The notes: a model not told the origin generated them from the letters alone. Positions 18,244 to 28,748 are shown, counted from the stretch's first letter. The stretch is DNA of 64,000 nucleotides from a virus (IMGVR_UViG_3300017963_000201:80960-144959), one strand, 5' to 3'. Program-made: numbers and translations.

Positions 18244-18859
18244 TTTCGTACCTCACTAGTCTTAGGTTTTTATCAGCTATGGCCCAACCCAAAGATATTC
18301 TTTCTCGAAGAACTGACTTTACAATACTTTCCAAATTTTCATAACCCCACTGGATCTTACCATCATACCAATTACTGACATAGGCCCATCGGATAAAATC
18401 GTTGAGTCTATAATTAAAAACGCAAACATTATGACCGCCAACATTATGACCGTAAAATGGAACGGACAATAAAAAAAGATCTCGAACCTTAATCTTAATT
18501 CCAGTTGTCCCGGTCAAAACACCACGCTCACTCATGCTCCTAATCATATGCATGGCAAAGTAAGAATGATCATCGCAATCTCCTTGGGGTGCGCCCTTCT
18601 CTAACCATCTACCGTAAATTGCCTTTGGGCTTGAGATAACGTCACCTAACATGTACCATGTATCTTCACGCCAACCAAATGAACCTATTAGGTTTTCAAA
18701 CTCGGTTGTAGAAAGTGGTTGGGGTAGAACAACTGAATCCCATTTGGATTCAAAAGCACATTGATAAAAGCGACTCCAAAGGTAGTAAAGCCTACAGCGA
18801 AGAGCAAACCAAACTAGCACCTTAAGTATTTTTATCTTCAATCCCAATTTCTTTTGCAT
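18227..18859 (-). CDS. transglutaminase-like cysteine-fold protein
   Basis: GDCDDHS and GHNVCVF motifs. Confidence 0.5.
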   Translation of the reverse strand: MQKKLGLKIKILKVLVWFALRCRLYYLWSRFYQCAFESKWDSVVLPQPLSTTEFENLIGSFGWREDTWYMLGDVISSPKAIYGRWLEKGAPQGDCDDHSYFAMHMIRSMSERGVLTGTTGIKIKVRDLFLLSVPFYGHNVGGHNVCVFNYRLNDFIRWAYVSNWYDGKIQWGYENLESIVKSVLRERISLGWAIADKNLRLVRYESGIAS

Positions 18860-19255
18860 GGATCTGCTTTCCTAATTTTCTTTGAATAGCTTCTGGTAAT
18901 TTAGAACCCGCGTAGTAAGAAAGATACCCATCTTGTTGGATAGCCCAAACACGCCACTTTTGTTCTTTAGCTTTAGCAATGGCATCCTTCTTAATCTTTT
19001 CTTCGAAAAAACCTTCGAACCAACGACCCATTACTTCCCTTTCCTTCTACGTCTTTGTGCTTTTCTAGTTTGTTTTGCAACTTTAGCTCTTGCCCTTCGT
19101 CTAGCCAATTCCTTTTCATAGGTTATTTTCTTTTGTAGAGCAGCTACCCTACTCAGCGGGGCATCACGACCGATAGCTCTAATAATTTCTTCTTTTGCTT
19201 GCCCCGGTAATTCCTTAGTCCTATCTTCTTTAAAATCAGTATCCATATTTTCCTC

Positions 19256-19810
19256 CTACTCAACATAATACTGGAAATGCATTGGATCTTTGGGTCTTCG
19301 CCAAAAACCACCCCACTGCCACCCATACTGTTTAAACAGCGTCACAACCTCAACAGGCATATTTCCCCGGGTGTTTAGTTTATTCTCCTTCCAATTAATA
19401 TCGATTGCCATACCATAAGCATGTAACGACAATGACTTTGTTGGATTAGACAGCTTATGCCTTGGAACAAAACCACCTAGTTGGTAGATCGGATATAGAT
19501 TGTCGTATTTATTAATTATGTAGTCGTAGAACAAATTTCTAACGTTCAAAGCTAATTTTTTGTGAACTTGTATTGTCCAGAACTTATCCATTAAAGGGAT
19601 TGGGACAGGCAAATTTAGTATGACCAAATTTTCTTTGATCCATGCAGGATTAATCTTTACAAAACCCTTTCTTTTAGGGTCCTCAACATAGCCCATCTTT
19701 CCTACAAAATTTTTGAGTTCTTTAGGATTACTAGGCGGTGTATATGTTTTTGATCTGTATTCGCCCTTGATTACTTTGTATAAAAAATTAACGTACCAAC
19801 GTATTAGCAT
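19256..19810 (-). CDS. M15-family peptidoglycan peptidase (endolysin-like)
   Basis: GGFVPR, SLHAYGMAIDIN, WGG.W...KDPMHFQ. Confidence 0.9.
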   Translation of the reverse strand: MLIRWYVNFLYKVIKGEYRSKTYTPPSNPKELKNFVGKMGYVEDPKRKGFVKINPAWIKENLVILNLPVPIPLMDKFWTIQVHKKLALNVRNLFYDYIINKYDNLYPIYQLGGFVPRHKLSNPTKSLSLHAYGMAIDINWKENKLNTRGNMPVEVVTLFKQYGWQWGGFWRRPKDPMHFQYYVE

Positions 19811-19813
19811 TTC

Positions 19814-21670
19814 TTACCCCGATCCTGTTAGCAAATTTGCCCCTCCCTTCGGAATTAACCTCTCTATATTATCTATACGCTTCTTAGTATCCCCATCTAC
19901 AGGCCCATTACTCTTAATAAGATCTAGAACGTCTTGCACATGAACCCGATCATCCATTTCTGCTAGTTTAGAAATCTGGTCCTCCAGATCCTCTGCAAAT
20001 TCTTTAGTAATCGAGCTTTGCTTCGAAGCCCCAGGTAAGGGCAAAGGTGATGCCCCACCGCCTCCACCGCCCCCAGGGGCACTTCTAGGGGCTCTAGGGG
20101 CCGGTCCTGGAGCTTCCTCACCTTCCTCCTCACTTTCAGCTTCAGGGAAAAACTCAGGATGGTCTACTACGTATTGTCGCTCTTCTTCCTGATTCTTACG
20201 CTCAACATCCAGGTCAACACCCGCACCCTGAGAGTATGTTCTGTCAGAAAGAATACCTCTATCCTTAAGATCTCGCCACACACCCAGGATAGAAACATCT
20301 TGACTTGGATCTAGGTTTTTGCGCCACTTAATAGTAGGTACCAAAGGATCTTTAGGTCTTTGTACTCTGATCCTGTTTTCTAATTCTTTTTCTGGGGTCT
20401 TATAAAAATCGTGCATTTCCGCAATAGGAACACAAAGTTTCTTTATGATCCACTCTTGCTCAAAAAGCATACGGATTGAAGCCAACCTTTCAAGCAAGGT
20501 CTGAAGACCCGCAATAGCAGCCGCGAATGAAGCCTCACCTATCAAAAAGCTCTTGGCAATACCCATCGCCAACAGTTTGATACGCTCGATAAAATCCCAT
20601 TCACGAGAGATCAATAAAACCCTATCGCTTACTCCGACTAACTCAACACTTAAAGCATTATGCGTGATGATGGCAGCCAAAGGATCCGACTCTGCCAAAC
20701 TTAGCTGATACGCTAAGGCTTCTTCGTCTTCTTGACTACCTAACCACCCTGTCGCCGGATCACCCAATTTGAAAATTCTTAATGGAGCTGCATGTCTTTG
20801 TGCAATTGCCAAAGATGCATTAACTACAAAGTCTTCGTACATAGTGGTACGATATAGTCTTGTATAGAAACTCGTTCCACGTATATCTGTAGAATTAATC
20901 TTACGCGCTAGAAATGTCGTGTTCAAAGACTCCAAAGGAATAGCTCGATTCATCCTAAAAGCATTCATAATGTCTCTAGGTATGAATTTTTGAAGTCTCC
21001 TAAACAAAGGGTCCTGCGCGTTTACGAGTTTTCGAATCTCTGGCGTTGGTAATAACCAAAGCAAAGGTTGTTCTACCGCAAGACCAACACCTTCAATTCT
21101 TACGTAATCTGGATCATGCGGAATAACACGCGCCCATATACCTTCTGTAGAGTCAAAGATAGCATGCAGAATAAGCTCTCCGGTTATCAAGTAATCCCTG
21201 GTAAAGCCCGCGAGCTTTGGGACTAAGTTTAACTTATTAAACATATCCTCGTAAACTTTTTTTATTCCTGGATCATCAATACCAACTAGGTCGAAAGCAG
21301 ACCATGGAAGCTCAGAATACATGTCAGTTGCAATTGACACAACCGCGTCCCTGCGATACATCTCACGCCATACAGCATTTGCTAATCTTCTATTCCTTGG
21401 AAAGTAATATTTATCAGGGGTAGACTTTCTATAATCGTAAAAAAGAGGGGCCTGTGCAACACTGTTACCCCCAGTATTCTCACTTCCATAAGCGTTTGTT
21501 GCGTTCAATTGCCCACGCTTACGCATAGAGCTGTAAAGGGTAAAGCTGTGAGGGGTTTTTGGTGGGCTCTCTACAGCACTACTCTTTTCGTATGGTTGTT
21601 GATCTGCTTGTCTTCTGGGATCCCCATCTTTACCAGGCACAATTAATTGTCCTGTTTTTTTCATACCCAA
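19814..21670 (-). CDS. portal protein
   Basis: 618 aa; 'D.YSELPWS.F', 'RDY...GE', 'RGTS...R', 'P.RIFKLGD...GW' as in Bxz1-type portals; low-complexity acidic/Pro/Gly C-terminus. Confidence 0.85.
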   Translation of the reverse strand: MGMKKTGQLIVPGKDGDPRRQADQQPYEKSSAVESPPKTPHSFTLYSSMRKRGQLNATNAYGSENTGGNSVAQAPLFYDYRKSTPDKYYFPRNRRLANAVWREMYRRDAVVSIATDMYSELPWSAFDLVGIDDPGIKKVYEDMFNKLNLVPKLAGFTRDYLITGELILHAIFDSTEGIWARVIPHDPDYVRIEGVGLAVEQPLLWLLPTPEIRKLVNAQDPLFRRLQKFIPRDIMNAFRMNRAIPLESLNTTFLARKINSTDIRGTSFYTRLYRTTMYEDFVVNASLAIAQRHAAPLRIFKLGDPATGWLGSQEDEEALAYQLSLAESDPLAAIITHNALSVELVGVSDRVLLISREWDFIERIKLLAMGIAKSFLIGEASFAAAIAGLQTLLERLASIRMLFEQEWIIKKLCVPIAEMHDFYKTPEKELENRIRVQRPKDPLVPTIKWRKNLDPSQDVSILGVWRDLKDRGILSDRTYSQGAGVDLDVERKNQEEERQYVVDHPEFFPEAESEEEGEEAPGPAPRAPRSAPGGGGGGGASPLPLPGASKQSSITKEFAEDLEDQISKLAEMDDRVHVQDVLDLIKSNGPVDGDTKKRIDNIERLIPKGGANLLTGSG

Positions 21671-22321
21671 CCATACCCTTCCGGTTTAGTGTCCCTCAAT
21701 ATGTCTACGCAGTTTTGATCATGATCATTGGCAATACATAAATCACAGTTTGTTAAACCAGAGAAAGGGCAACGCCCATTCCTTAACTTAACATAAACCT
21801 GCAGCTTACATGGAGGATTGTATATAACATTATGTATTCGCCGCCCTCTCCATTGCTCTAACATAGAATTTGCTCCCCGCAATCCTCTCGATGGTATGCA
21901 TATTCACAGGAGCACCGCCATTAAAGACTGCTTGCAATACAGCTTCCCGTGCTTGATTACAGGTAAAGCCGTACTGTTTTAGTTTTTGTACGGAATGGGT
22001 AATAGGTCCCAGGAAGATAACCTCTTCCCTAGCTACCAAAGTAAACATTTTACTAACTCTGTCATAGAATAATTCCATAACATCCTCCAGGCTATAATAC
22101 AAAAATTACTTATGTTTTTGTCACGGCAGTAATCTTGGTTATGTACTTTCTACAAAATATTTCAAAGTCTTTTTTATTTATATGTATTCTATAGTTCCCA
22201 AAATTAAAAGATACGTAAGGCTCACCTGATGCCATCACGGGAACATAAGCAATACATGCACCACGCCCAACGCATTTTAGCGTTCCAGGCTTTTCTTCTT
22301 TGTAGACCGCAGCTCTGAGCT

Positions 22322-23635
22322 TCATCGTCTTCTTGCTAACCGCATAGCTTGGCTAACCCTCTTTGCCTTTCTTCCGGTTTCAGAAGCTACTAAAAATTGA
22401 TCCATTATACCTATACCCTCTTCAACCTCATCTATGCTTTGCTCAATCCCAAAGATAGCATTCTTTACAGAATCCCACACATCCTTGAACCAGTTTTTAA
22501 CCTTGGTCCATACCTGCGCATCAACCCTATAACCCATTCGGGTCTTTCCTGGTTCAATAATCGCAAACTCTTTTTGTAGCTTCTCTTCTATAGTATCGTT
22601 TGCCATCCTAAATAATTCAATCTCTTTATCCACCTCTTCTGCAATCTTTGGGAATTTGTTTTTCAAAAAGTCTAATACATAATTCATCTCTTCAATTGGG
22701 CCTGCAGGTACTGGGGTACTCAACACTTGGGCTCTTACGGCTACAATTTTCTCTTTAAAGCGTCTTACAACCACATCTTCAAGTTTAGACAATGTTTGTT
22801 GTTCATTGCTCAAAGTAGCATAGATAGACTGCATAATCTCGGTACGTTTCATTTGCTTTTTCTTTAGCTTTTCTTGAGCTTCCTTCATCATTTCTTTTGC
22901 AAGATCAACTTCGGATTGGATATTATCAATATCTTGCCCCAACGCTTCTACCCGATTTAATGCTTGTTGCGCTGCTTTATCAACTTCCTTCACATCCATA
23001 AACTTCTCAGGAATAAATTCACCGTAATCATGAGGAGCCCTTCTAGTAGGGGTTGTTCGTTCCTTAAACGTCTCAGGCATATCTGGTTGATCTGGGGCTG
23101 CCATAGGTGCGCCAGGAAGCGTAATACTAGTAGTTGGTCCCTTGAGTTTCTTTTGACTTTGTACGTAAATCTTATGAGCTACTTTTCTTAGCAAGTAAGC
23201 CTTTCTTAATAACCTAGATGCATCAAAGTCAATCTGATTGGCCTTGACTTCCAGCTCTTTCTCTGGTTCCATCCCTACTACTACGTGATTAGCCGATCTG
23301 CGAATCAAAGGATATACATCTTTGTTATTAAGCCTTATAAGCTGCCCCTCTTTGAGACTCTTAAATGGACCTTGATTTAATGTCTCATGGGCATATTCTT
23401 GGGTTTGTTTAATTACGCTATTTACAATCTGAGGCGAGAAGCCCATGTCCTCTAGTAAAGCCTCTATCTCTTCCCACGCCATGCCCATGAACCAATAAGA
23501 CTTGGCATGCTGAAGAGCATCGTCTTTAGCAGAGTAGTTATCTTCCTCTTGAGCTACCCTGTTTATGGGCTCTTTATTTATAAGCCTTTGGGCCAGTCTA
23601 AGAGTTTCTTTAGGGTACTTATTGGTCAAGCGCAT
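22322..23635 (-). CDS. coiled-coil protein with several AQ motifs, putative inner head protein
   Basis: RLAQ, RVAQ, VRAQ, RVSQ; long heptad region. Confidence 0.6.
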   Translation of the reverse strand: MRLTNKYPKETLRLAQRLINKEPINRVAQEEDNYSAKDDALQHAKSYWFMGMAWEEIEALLEDMGFSPQIVNSVIKQTQEYAHETLNQGPFKSLKEGQLIRLNNKDVYPLIRRSANHVVVGMEPEKELEVKANQIDFDASRLLRKAYLLRKVAHKIYVQSQKKLKGPTTSITLPGAPMAAPDQPDMPETFKERTTPTRRAPHDYGEFIPEKFMDVKEVDKAAQQALNRVEALGQDIDNIQSEVDLAKEMMKEAQEKLKKKQMKRTEIMQSIYATLSNEQQTLSKLEDVVVRRFKEKIVAVRAQVLSTPVPAGPIEEMNYVLDFLKNKFPKIAEEVDKEIELFRMANDTIEEKLQKEFAIIEPGKTRMGYRVDAQVWTKVKNWFKDVWDSVKNAIFGIEQSIDEVEEGIGIMDQFLVASETGRKAKRVSQAMRLARRR

Positions 23636-23645
23636 AGTTAAACTC

Positions 23646-23864
23646 CTATAGGTTATCTAGCAGACTATCAATCTCAGAAGCGTGCTGTTGAATCTCAAAC
23701 ATGTTATCCCGTAACATATTCTCAAGACCGGGATCTAGCTCTACAATCTTATTACCTACCTCTTGAGATACTTCACCGGCAAGCATAGTAATGGCATAGA
23801 GCAAATCTATAATGTTGGATTTAACTTCATCTGGATCGTAGTATTCTTGGGCTTTGATCTTCAT
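23646..23864 (-). CDS. AQ-tagged small acidic protein
   Basis: N-terminus MKIKAQ; GAGGAG RBS. Confidence 0.7.
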   Translation of the reverse strand: MKIKAQEYYDPDEVKSNIIDLLYAITMLAGEVSQEVGNKIVELDPGLENMLRDNMFEIQQHASEIDSLLDNL

Positions 23865-23876
23865 AAATAAACTCCT

Positions 23877-24860
23877 CTAGTGTTGATAATCAATAACACC
23901 TAAATTTCTAGTATACATATCGTCTATATCATAAACCACTAATCCGTCATTAGTAATCACAGCAGAAGGATCAAAATGATCCCCAAACCAATTAACCAAT
24001 TCATAGTTGTCAAACGCTTCTGCAGATTCTACTATATTTTTTGGGTTAAATTCCATACTCAAAGATTTAATAGAATCTTCATAATCATCATCCGGGTTTC
24101 CTTCTCTCTCTATGTATTCTTCTATGTATTCTGGTAAAATGTTTCCACTAAAAAAGTCTTCAGTAATAGCTTTAATCACTAGATTTAACATTTGTGGCTC
24201 ATTCATATTAATAAGTCTAGCATTAGGCTTTGGCTGAATAAGCCATACACCACCATCTTCAGTAGAGTACTGAATACCAACATCCCAACTTTTGCTGCAT
24301 AGGATAATGTGACCCGTATTTAGGTCGTGTCTACTAGACCTACCATGGATCCAAACATCTTTAGGTAAGGGATCAAAAGGATTTATATCCTGTATACCTA
24401 CGCTACCAAAAAATCCTTGTCTTAAATACTTTCCCTTTCGTATAATTTCTACCAATTCTAACTCATCTTCACGACCCGTCATAGGGACGATATAAACTGT
24501 TCCCTGCTCATCTATGTCTTCGCAACCATCGAACCCCATTTTTTTACCACACTCACCCCGCTTACCCTGAAGCCACCACGAATCTTCCGCGTCTGCTTTG
24601 TCGTGATACTCTGATGCTCTTCCATCAAGTATCTTTTCTGCAGTTTCTAAATCAACCCTAAAGCGTTCTGCAATATCGTTAATAATCTCTTCGTCGTATA
24701 ACTTATACACAGGCACACAATCGAAATCCGCTTCATACACATAAACAGTAGAACTTTCTGTCATCATATAAATACCATCAGAGAAGAATAAACAATCACC
24801 CGCTACACCAAAAGGGTTAATATCACCCTTCTCTATAGGTTCTGGGCTAGTATGAATCAT
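23877..24860 (-). CDS. AcrIF11-like ADP-ribosyltransferase domain fused to a second ART-like domain
   Basis: HTSPEPI...GV.G..LFF...W.LQ..RG.....G.....DEQGT matches my recollection of the AcrIF11 pattern; second domain HG...S....V..QY...G.V. Confidence 0.65.
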   Translation of the reverse strand: MIHTSPEPIEKGDINPFGVAGDCLFFSDGIYMMTESSTVYVYEADFDCVPVYKLYDEEIINDIAERFRVDLETAEKILDGRASEYHDKADAEDSWWLQGKRGECGKKMGFDGCEDIDEQGTVYIVPMTGREDELELVEIIRKGKYLRQGFFGSVGIQDINPFDPLPKDVWIHGRSSRHDLNTGHIILCSKSWDVGIQYSTEDGGVWLIQPKPNARLINMNEPQMLNLVIKAITEDFFSGNILPEYIEEYIEREGNPDDDYEDSIKSLSMEFNPKNIVESAEAFDNYELVNWFGDHFDPSAVITNDGLVVYDIDDMYTRNLGVIDYQH

Positions 24861-25113
24861 TACTACTCCTCAGGAGTAATAACATCTAGCAAATCGTTTA
24901 GCTGCACAGACATTTGATCCGCATGGTCAGCTAAAGAATCCGTAATCTCTATCGATGCTTCACCTTGATCCAATAGCTTCTCTATTTTTTCTTCGTTCAA
25001 CTCTTCTTTGGCCATACCTAGTAGCTTTTCTACAGAGGCTACCAAAGATCCAGAGATCTCTTGGATCTTAGTTTTCAATTCCATTATGTTTTTGATTTGT
25101 GTTTCCATTTTTA

Positions 25114-25632
25114 TTAATAACTTCTATTGCGTGGGGCTTCAGGCATTAAAGCACGATCAAATATATCCCAGGCTTTTACCCAAATGTGCTCCGGGATAGC
25201 TTCTAATTCTGATCTAGAATATTTATCAGATAAATGATCTAAAACAATTCCCCAATCCTCTAGCAACTCTTCTTTTACCACCCAAGATGCAAAATTATCT
25301 TGTAATACCTCAGCCAGCTTTCTTGCATCCCAGTCCCTCTGCGCCCATTTTCTAGAACTATACTTCTTCCGAATCTCCTCCCATTCCGACTCATCCATCT
25401 CATAATAATTCGAATCATCCACTTCGTAACCATCAGCTTTTAGCTCTTCTACCAAACCGGGTTTATCCATAATAATAGCGTATGCTATATCCATATCACT
25501 GGGTGCTTCCCACATAGTATCCATGATACTAAATTCATATACAGCCTCTTCAATATCGAAAGTATGGACAGTTACGAAACCGTCGTCATGGTCCATATTA
25601 TCTAAATAGATTTTGAAAGCATTGCGTTTCAT
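25114..25632 (-). CDS. two-domain acidic protein with internal RKWAQ linker
   Basis: N-terminus MKRNA; internal SSRKWAQ. Confidence 0.7.
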   Translation of the reverse strand: MKRNAFKIYLDNMDHDDGFVTVHTFDIEEAVYEFSIMDTMWEAPSDMDIAYAIIMDKPGLVEELKADGYEVDDSNYYEMDESEWEEIRKKYSSRKWAQRDWDARKLAEVLQDNFASWVVKEELLEDWGIVLDHLSDKYSRSELEAIPEHIWVKAWDIFDRALMPEAPRNRSY

Positions 25633-25635
25633 GTT

Positions 25636-26208
25636 TTACCCCTTTATAATTTCCCACAGATCTCTTTTGGCCTGATTAACATCTTCACGATCTACGTCGT
25701 AATCTTTAGCATGATTATTTATATAATCCAATGCATACTGATAAAATTCTTCTGGGTAAGCATCGCATGCGGCATCCTCAGTAATTAAAACAATACCACC
25801 ATACGTATGTCCCTCCCCTAACTCTGGGTGATCCTCCAAAACTTTTGCTCTAGCATAAATATACGAATCGCTAAGTAATTCCAGTAACTGTATACTATAA
25901 ATCCCAGAAAAATTGGTAGATATGTCTACCTCAGATCCATCATAGTATGCCTGTGCAGCTACGTCTTCTATCTGATCAAAAAAGTTTTTTGCGTCATCGG
26001 GGTGATTAAACAGCATAATCCACCCATATTTTCCTGCATCCAGGTCCTTTTGATTATACTTAACTACAGCGGGTTCTCTAGGAAATAGCGCGTAAACCAA
26101 CCCATCCTCACTAGATAAAAAATCATCTTCTGGAGTACCTAAAGCATAAATCTCATTGAAAGGAATTTTCTTCCATTCTGCTGCCTGTGCTCTAACTTTA
26201 CGGTACAT
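25636..26208 (-). CDS. AQ-tagged acidic protein
   Basis: N-terminus MYRKVRAQ. Confidence 0.7.
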   Translation of the reverse strand: MYRKVRAQAAEWKKIPFNEIYALGTPEDDFLSSEDGLVYALFPREPAVVKYNQKDLDAGKYGWIMLFNHPDDAKNFFDQIEDVAAQAYYDGSEVDISTNFSGIYSIQLLELLSDSYIYARAKVLEDHPELGEGHTYGGIVLITEDAACDAYPEEFYQYALDYINNHAKDYDVDREDVNQAKRDLWEIIKG

Positions 26209-26210
26209 TC

Positions 26211-26885
26211 TTACCCCCTTTTATGTGCTGCCTTATCCACTCTATTGTCACGCAGGATTTCATCCAAAACGTCTTCAGCTTCCTCATCTGACATTTCCAG
26301 GATCATAGTCTCTAGCTCATCATCTGGACCTGTAATTTGAAGCACCCGATCCAATTTATCTAGCACCTCGGCTTGGAACGCAGAGTTATGTCTTAGAGCA
26401 GCACCTTTTCCCTTAGGTATTTTATAAATACCATCAGCCGGGCTTATGCGTAACCCACAAGGACAACCAACACTCTCGTTTTCAATAAACCCACCAACAC
26501 CATACTCCTCATAAACAAAAAGAGGACGATCACATATAGGACAGCGTTTGTTGTCTCTCACGTACTTAAAAATTTTTCGGGCTTCCCTATATCGGGTTTC
26601 CCAATCTTGGGTTTCCAGATCTTGGAACGCGGCATTATGTCTTCGATAACCTCTACGTCCACTAATAGGAATTGGGGGGTTACCCTCATCATCTACCCAA
26701 TCTTCTGCACAGTCTTCACAAAGGTACACCCAACGATCTCCTGTATTACCAAAGGGGTGATGCATATACGCTTTGTACTTTGCTGGATTCTTATTGCTCT
26801 CATCGTAGTACAAACAATTCTCACACAGTTCTTGTCCTGCACTATGTCTTCGATAACCTCTACGTCTTTGTGATCTGACTCTCAT
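26211..26885 (-). CDS. three-domain protein (two Cys/Zn domains + helical acidic domain) with repeated basic linkers; start revised to MRVRSQ
   Basis: RRGYRRHSA, RRGYRRHNAAFQ, LRHNSAFQ separate the domains. Confidence 0.7.
   Translation of the reverse strand: MRVRSQRRRGYRRHSAGQELCENCLYYDESNKNPAKYKAYMHHPFGNTGDRWVYLCEDCAEDWVDDEGNPPIPISGRRGYRRHNAAFQDLETQDWETRYREARKIFKYVRDNKRCPICDRPLFVYEEYGVGGFIENESVGCPCGLRISPADGIYKIPKGKGAALRHNSAFQAEVLDKLDRVLQITGPDDELETMILEMSDEEAEDVLDEILRDNRVDKAAHKRG
26636..26866. repeat. 24-bp exact direct repeat (26636-26659 and 26843-26866) encoding the RRGYRRH linker
   Basis: TATGTCTTCGATAACCTCTACGTC occurs twice. Confidence 0.9.
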
Positions 26886-27110
26886 AATTTCTCTCTCTCT
26901 CTCAAAAGTTATTAAACTTAGTTCCAATATCACCCAGTATAGAAATTAACTTTTCCATACTTTCTTTGAGAACTTTATACTTCTCTAAATCTTCTACAGG
27001 TATATTATCGTCTTTAGCTGCTAATTCATTTAACTGTCGATACTTTGAATCTAATTCAACTAAAGATTTAGCAACAGTAATATTAAGTTCAGCAATTTTT
27101 TGATTAATCA

Positions 27111-27644
27111 TTAGGACACTTCAACAGAAGAATTAAGCTTAATACCAAGGGCTTTGCAGCTACCACCAGGAATTTCCAAAACACCACGAACCCTATCACA
27201 AGACCAATGCTCTCGGGCACCCGGTTGGGCATTATGGATAATCTTGGCCACCTTGAGACCTAGAATGCTATCCTTGATAAACAGGATGTCTATTGGAAAG
27301 CCCACAGAGCCCATATGGAACGTTACGTGGTCCCCACCAAAGGGAAACCACATCCCCTCGTCTTCGGCAAGGCTAGAGACCACTTCTAGCCCTCGGGCTT
27401 TTTGCCAAGCCGTCGAAGCTACGGTCACCCTAAAATTGTAATCATTTACCTTGACACGCTTGGTAGCTTTTGGTAAGAAGCTAAGATTCCTGACAGGCCA
27501 CCAAGATCCATCCACATAGGCATAGATACTCGATGTGGCTTGGACTATACCCTGCTCACCGTTTGGCAAAATAACTTCCATACCTTTTTCTATAAAAGGT
27601 ACATGGGGTCTCTCAGGATTTCTAAAGTTTACTTTGTGGCGCAT
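27111..27644 (-). CDS. DUF192-domain protein with N-terminal SH3-like domain
   Basis: VA.T...KARGL....L..DEGM.F.F, FHM..V.FPIDILFI, VLEIPGG.....GI. Confidence 0.85.
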   Translation of the reverse strand: MRHKVNFRNPERPHVPFIEKGMEVILPNGEQGIVQATSSIYAYVDGSWWPVRNLSFLPKATKRVKVNDYNFRVTVASTAWQKARGLEVVSSLAEDEGMWFPFGGDHVTFHMGSVGFPIDILFIKDSILGLKVAKIIHNAQPGAREHWSCDRVRGVLEIPGGSCKALGIKLNSSVEVS

Positions 27645-27767
27645 TCATTCCTCCACAGTACCAAGGTTTCTGGTATTCATAGAATCCACGTCATAAACTA
27701 CAAAGCCCTCGTTTGTAACTACCGCCGATGGATCAAAAGGTTGTATATATTCCAACGATTCAGTCAT
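27645..27767 (-). CDS. 40-aa fragment paralogous to the C-terminus of 23877-24860
   Basis: FDPSAVVTNEGFVVYDVDSMNTRNLG vs FDPSAVITNDGLVVYDIDDMYTRNLG. Confidence 0.7.
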   Translation of the reverse strand: MTESLEYIQPFDPSAVVTNEGFVVYDVDSMNTRNLGTVEE

Positions 27768-28009
27768 AGTAATTGCTTAAGCAAACCATTCTTCGCCAAA
27801 TTCCTCGGCATATAATAAAGCCATTTCGTTAAGGACCTCCTCAAAAGAATCCACACGAATAAAAGAGATATTAAAACCTAAAGATTTGGCTAAAGCCTTA
27901 ATATCTCCTCTATCTCTTAGGTTGCGACCTGACCAATCGATTACAAACTTTGCTTGCCCATTCTCACTAACCACGGCCACATCCATACCAGTGTCTATGT
28001 ACGCTTTCT

Positions 28010-28318
28010 TCATCCCAACACATCCTGTTCCCAATATTCTCCACCAAGAGCATTAATAACACGCTCTTGTGTTTTATTAATTATGTCTTTCACAAAGTCA
28101 AACTCCGCACCTTTAGGGTGAGTGAATATAGAATTAATGTAATTACCGACCCGAAGGGCAGCATCGTCTAAGATTAACTTTGTAAGTATACTCACATGAT
28201 GTTCTACATAATCCTTCCATTCTTGATCCGTAAGGTGAGCATATTCATCCTCAGTATCAAATATGCCCGGTGTATTGTACTCTCTTTGGGCTATTCTATA
28301 CATGTTACGCTCCCTCAA
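28010..28318 (-). CDS. AQ-tagged protein
   Basis: MYRIAQ near N-terminus. Confidence 0.65.
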   Translation of the reverse strand: MRERNMYRIAQREYNTPGIFDTEDEYAHLTDQEWKDYVEHHVSILTKLILDDAALRVGNYINSIFTHPKGAEFDFVKDIINKTQERVINALGGEYWEQDVLG

Positions 28319-28544
28319 TCAGCAAGATAACATTGTTGAACTTTCAAACCGTTCTCATTTAGGGCATCCCATATGTCCTCAAATTCTTCTTTTGACATAG
28401 GATCTGAGAATTCTACCTTATTAGGGCCTACCATTACATCGTCCCTCCCATAATCATCCAAAATGTCATAGAGTAAATCCTCAGAACCGGGACTAAGGTA
28501 CCAAACAAATTTAAAGTAGGTACGATCTACTTCGTTGGGCATAA

Positions 28545-28748
28545 CTACCCTCTCAATCCTCGAATAGCCCTTCTCAGATATAAACTAGCCAACCTCCCTG
28601 TACCTTTGCCCCTTCCTTCCCCTTCACCGTACCCAGGTCCATCCTCTTTGCATGGACCTGTGTTTCTATTCCTACGACCACTTCCGGGTTGCCCTCTACC
28701 CTTACCAGACCCATCTTGCCTTGGTCCCCTTTGTGATCTTCTAAACAT
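28545..28748 (-). CDS. Gly/Arg-rich small protein (start revised to MFRRSQ)
   Basis: GGAGGA RBS; DGSGKGRG...GPC...GPGYG; C-terminal SLYLRRAIRGL. Confidence 0.6.
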   Translation of the reverse strand: MFRRSQRGPRQDGSGKGRGQPGSGRRNRNTGPCKEDGPGYGEGEGRGKGTGRLASLYLRRAIRGLRG

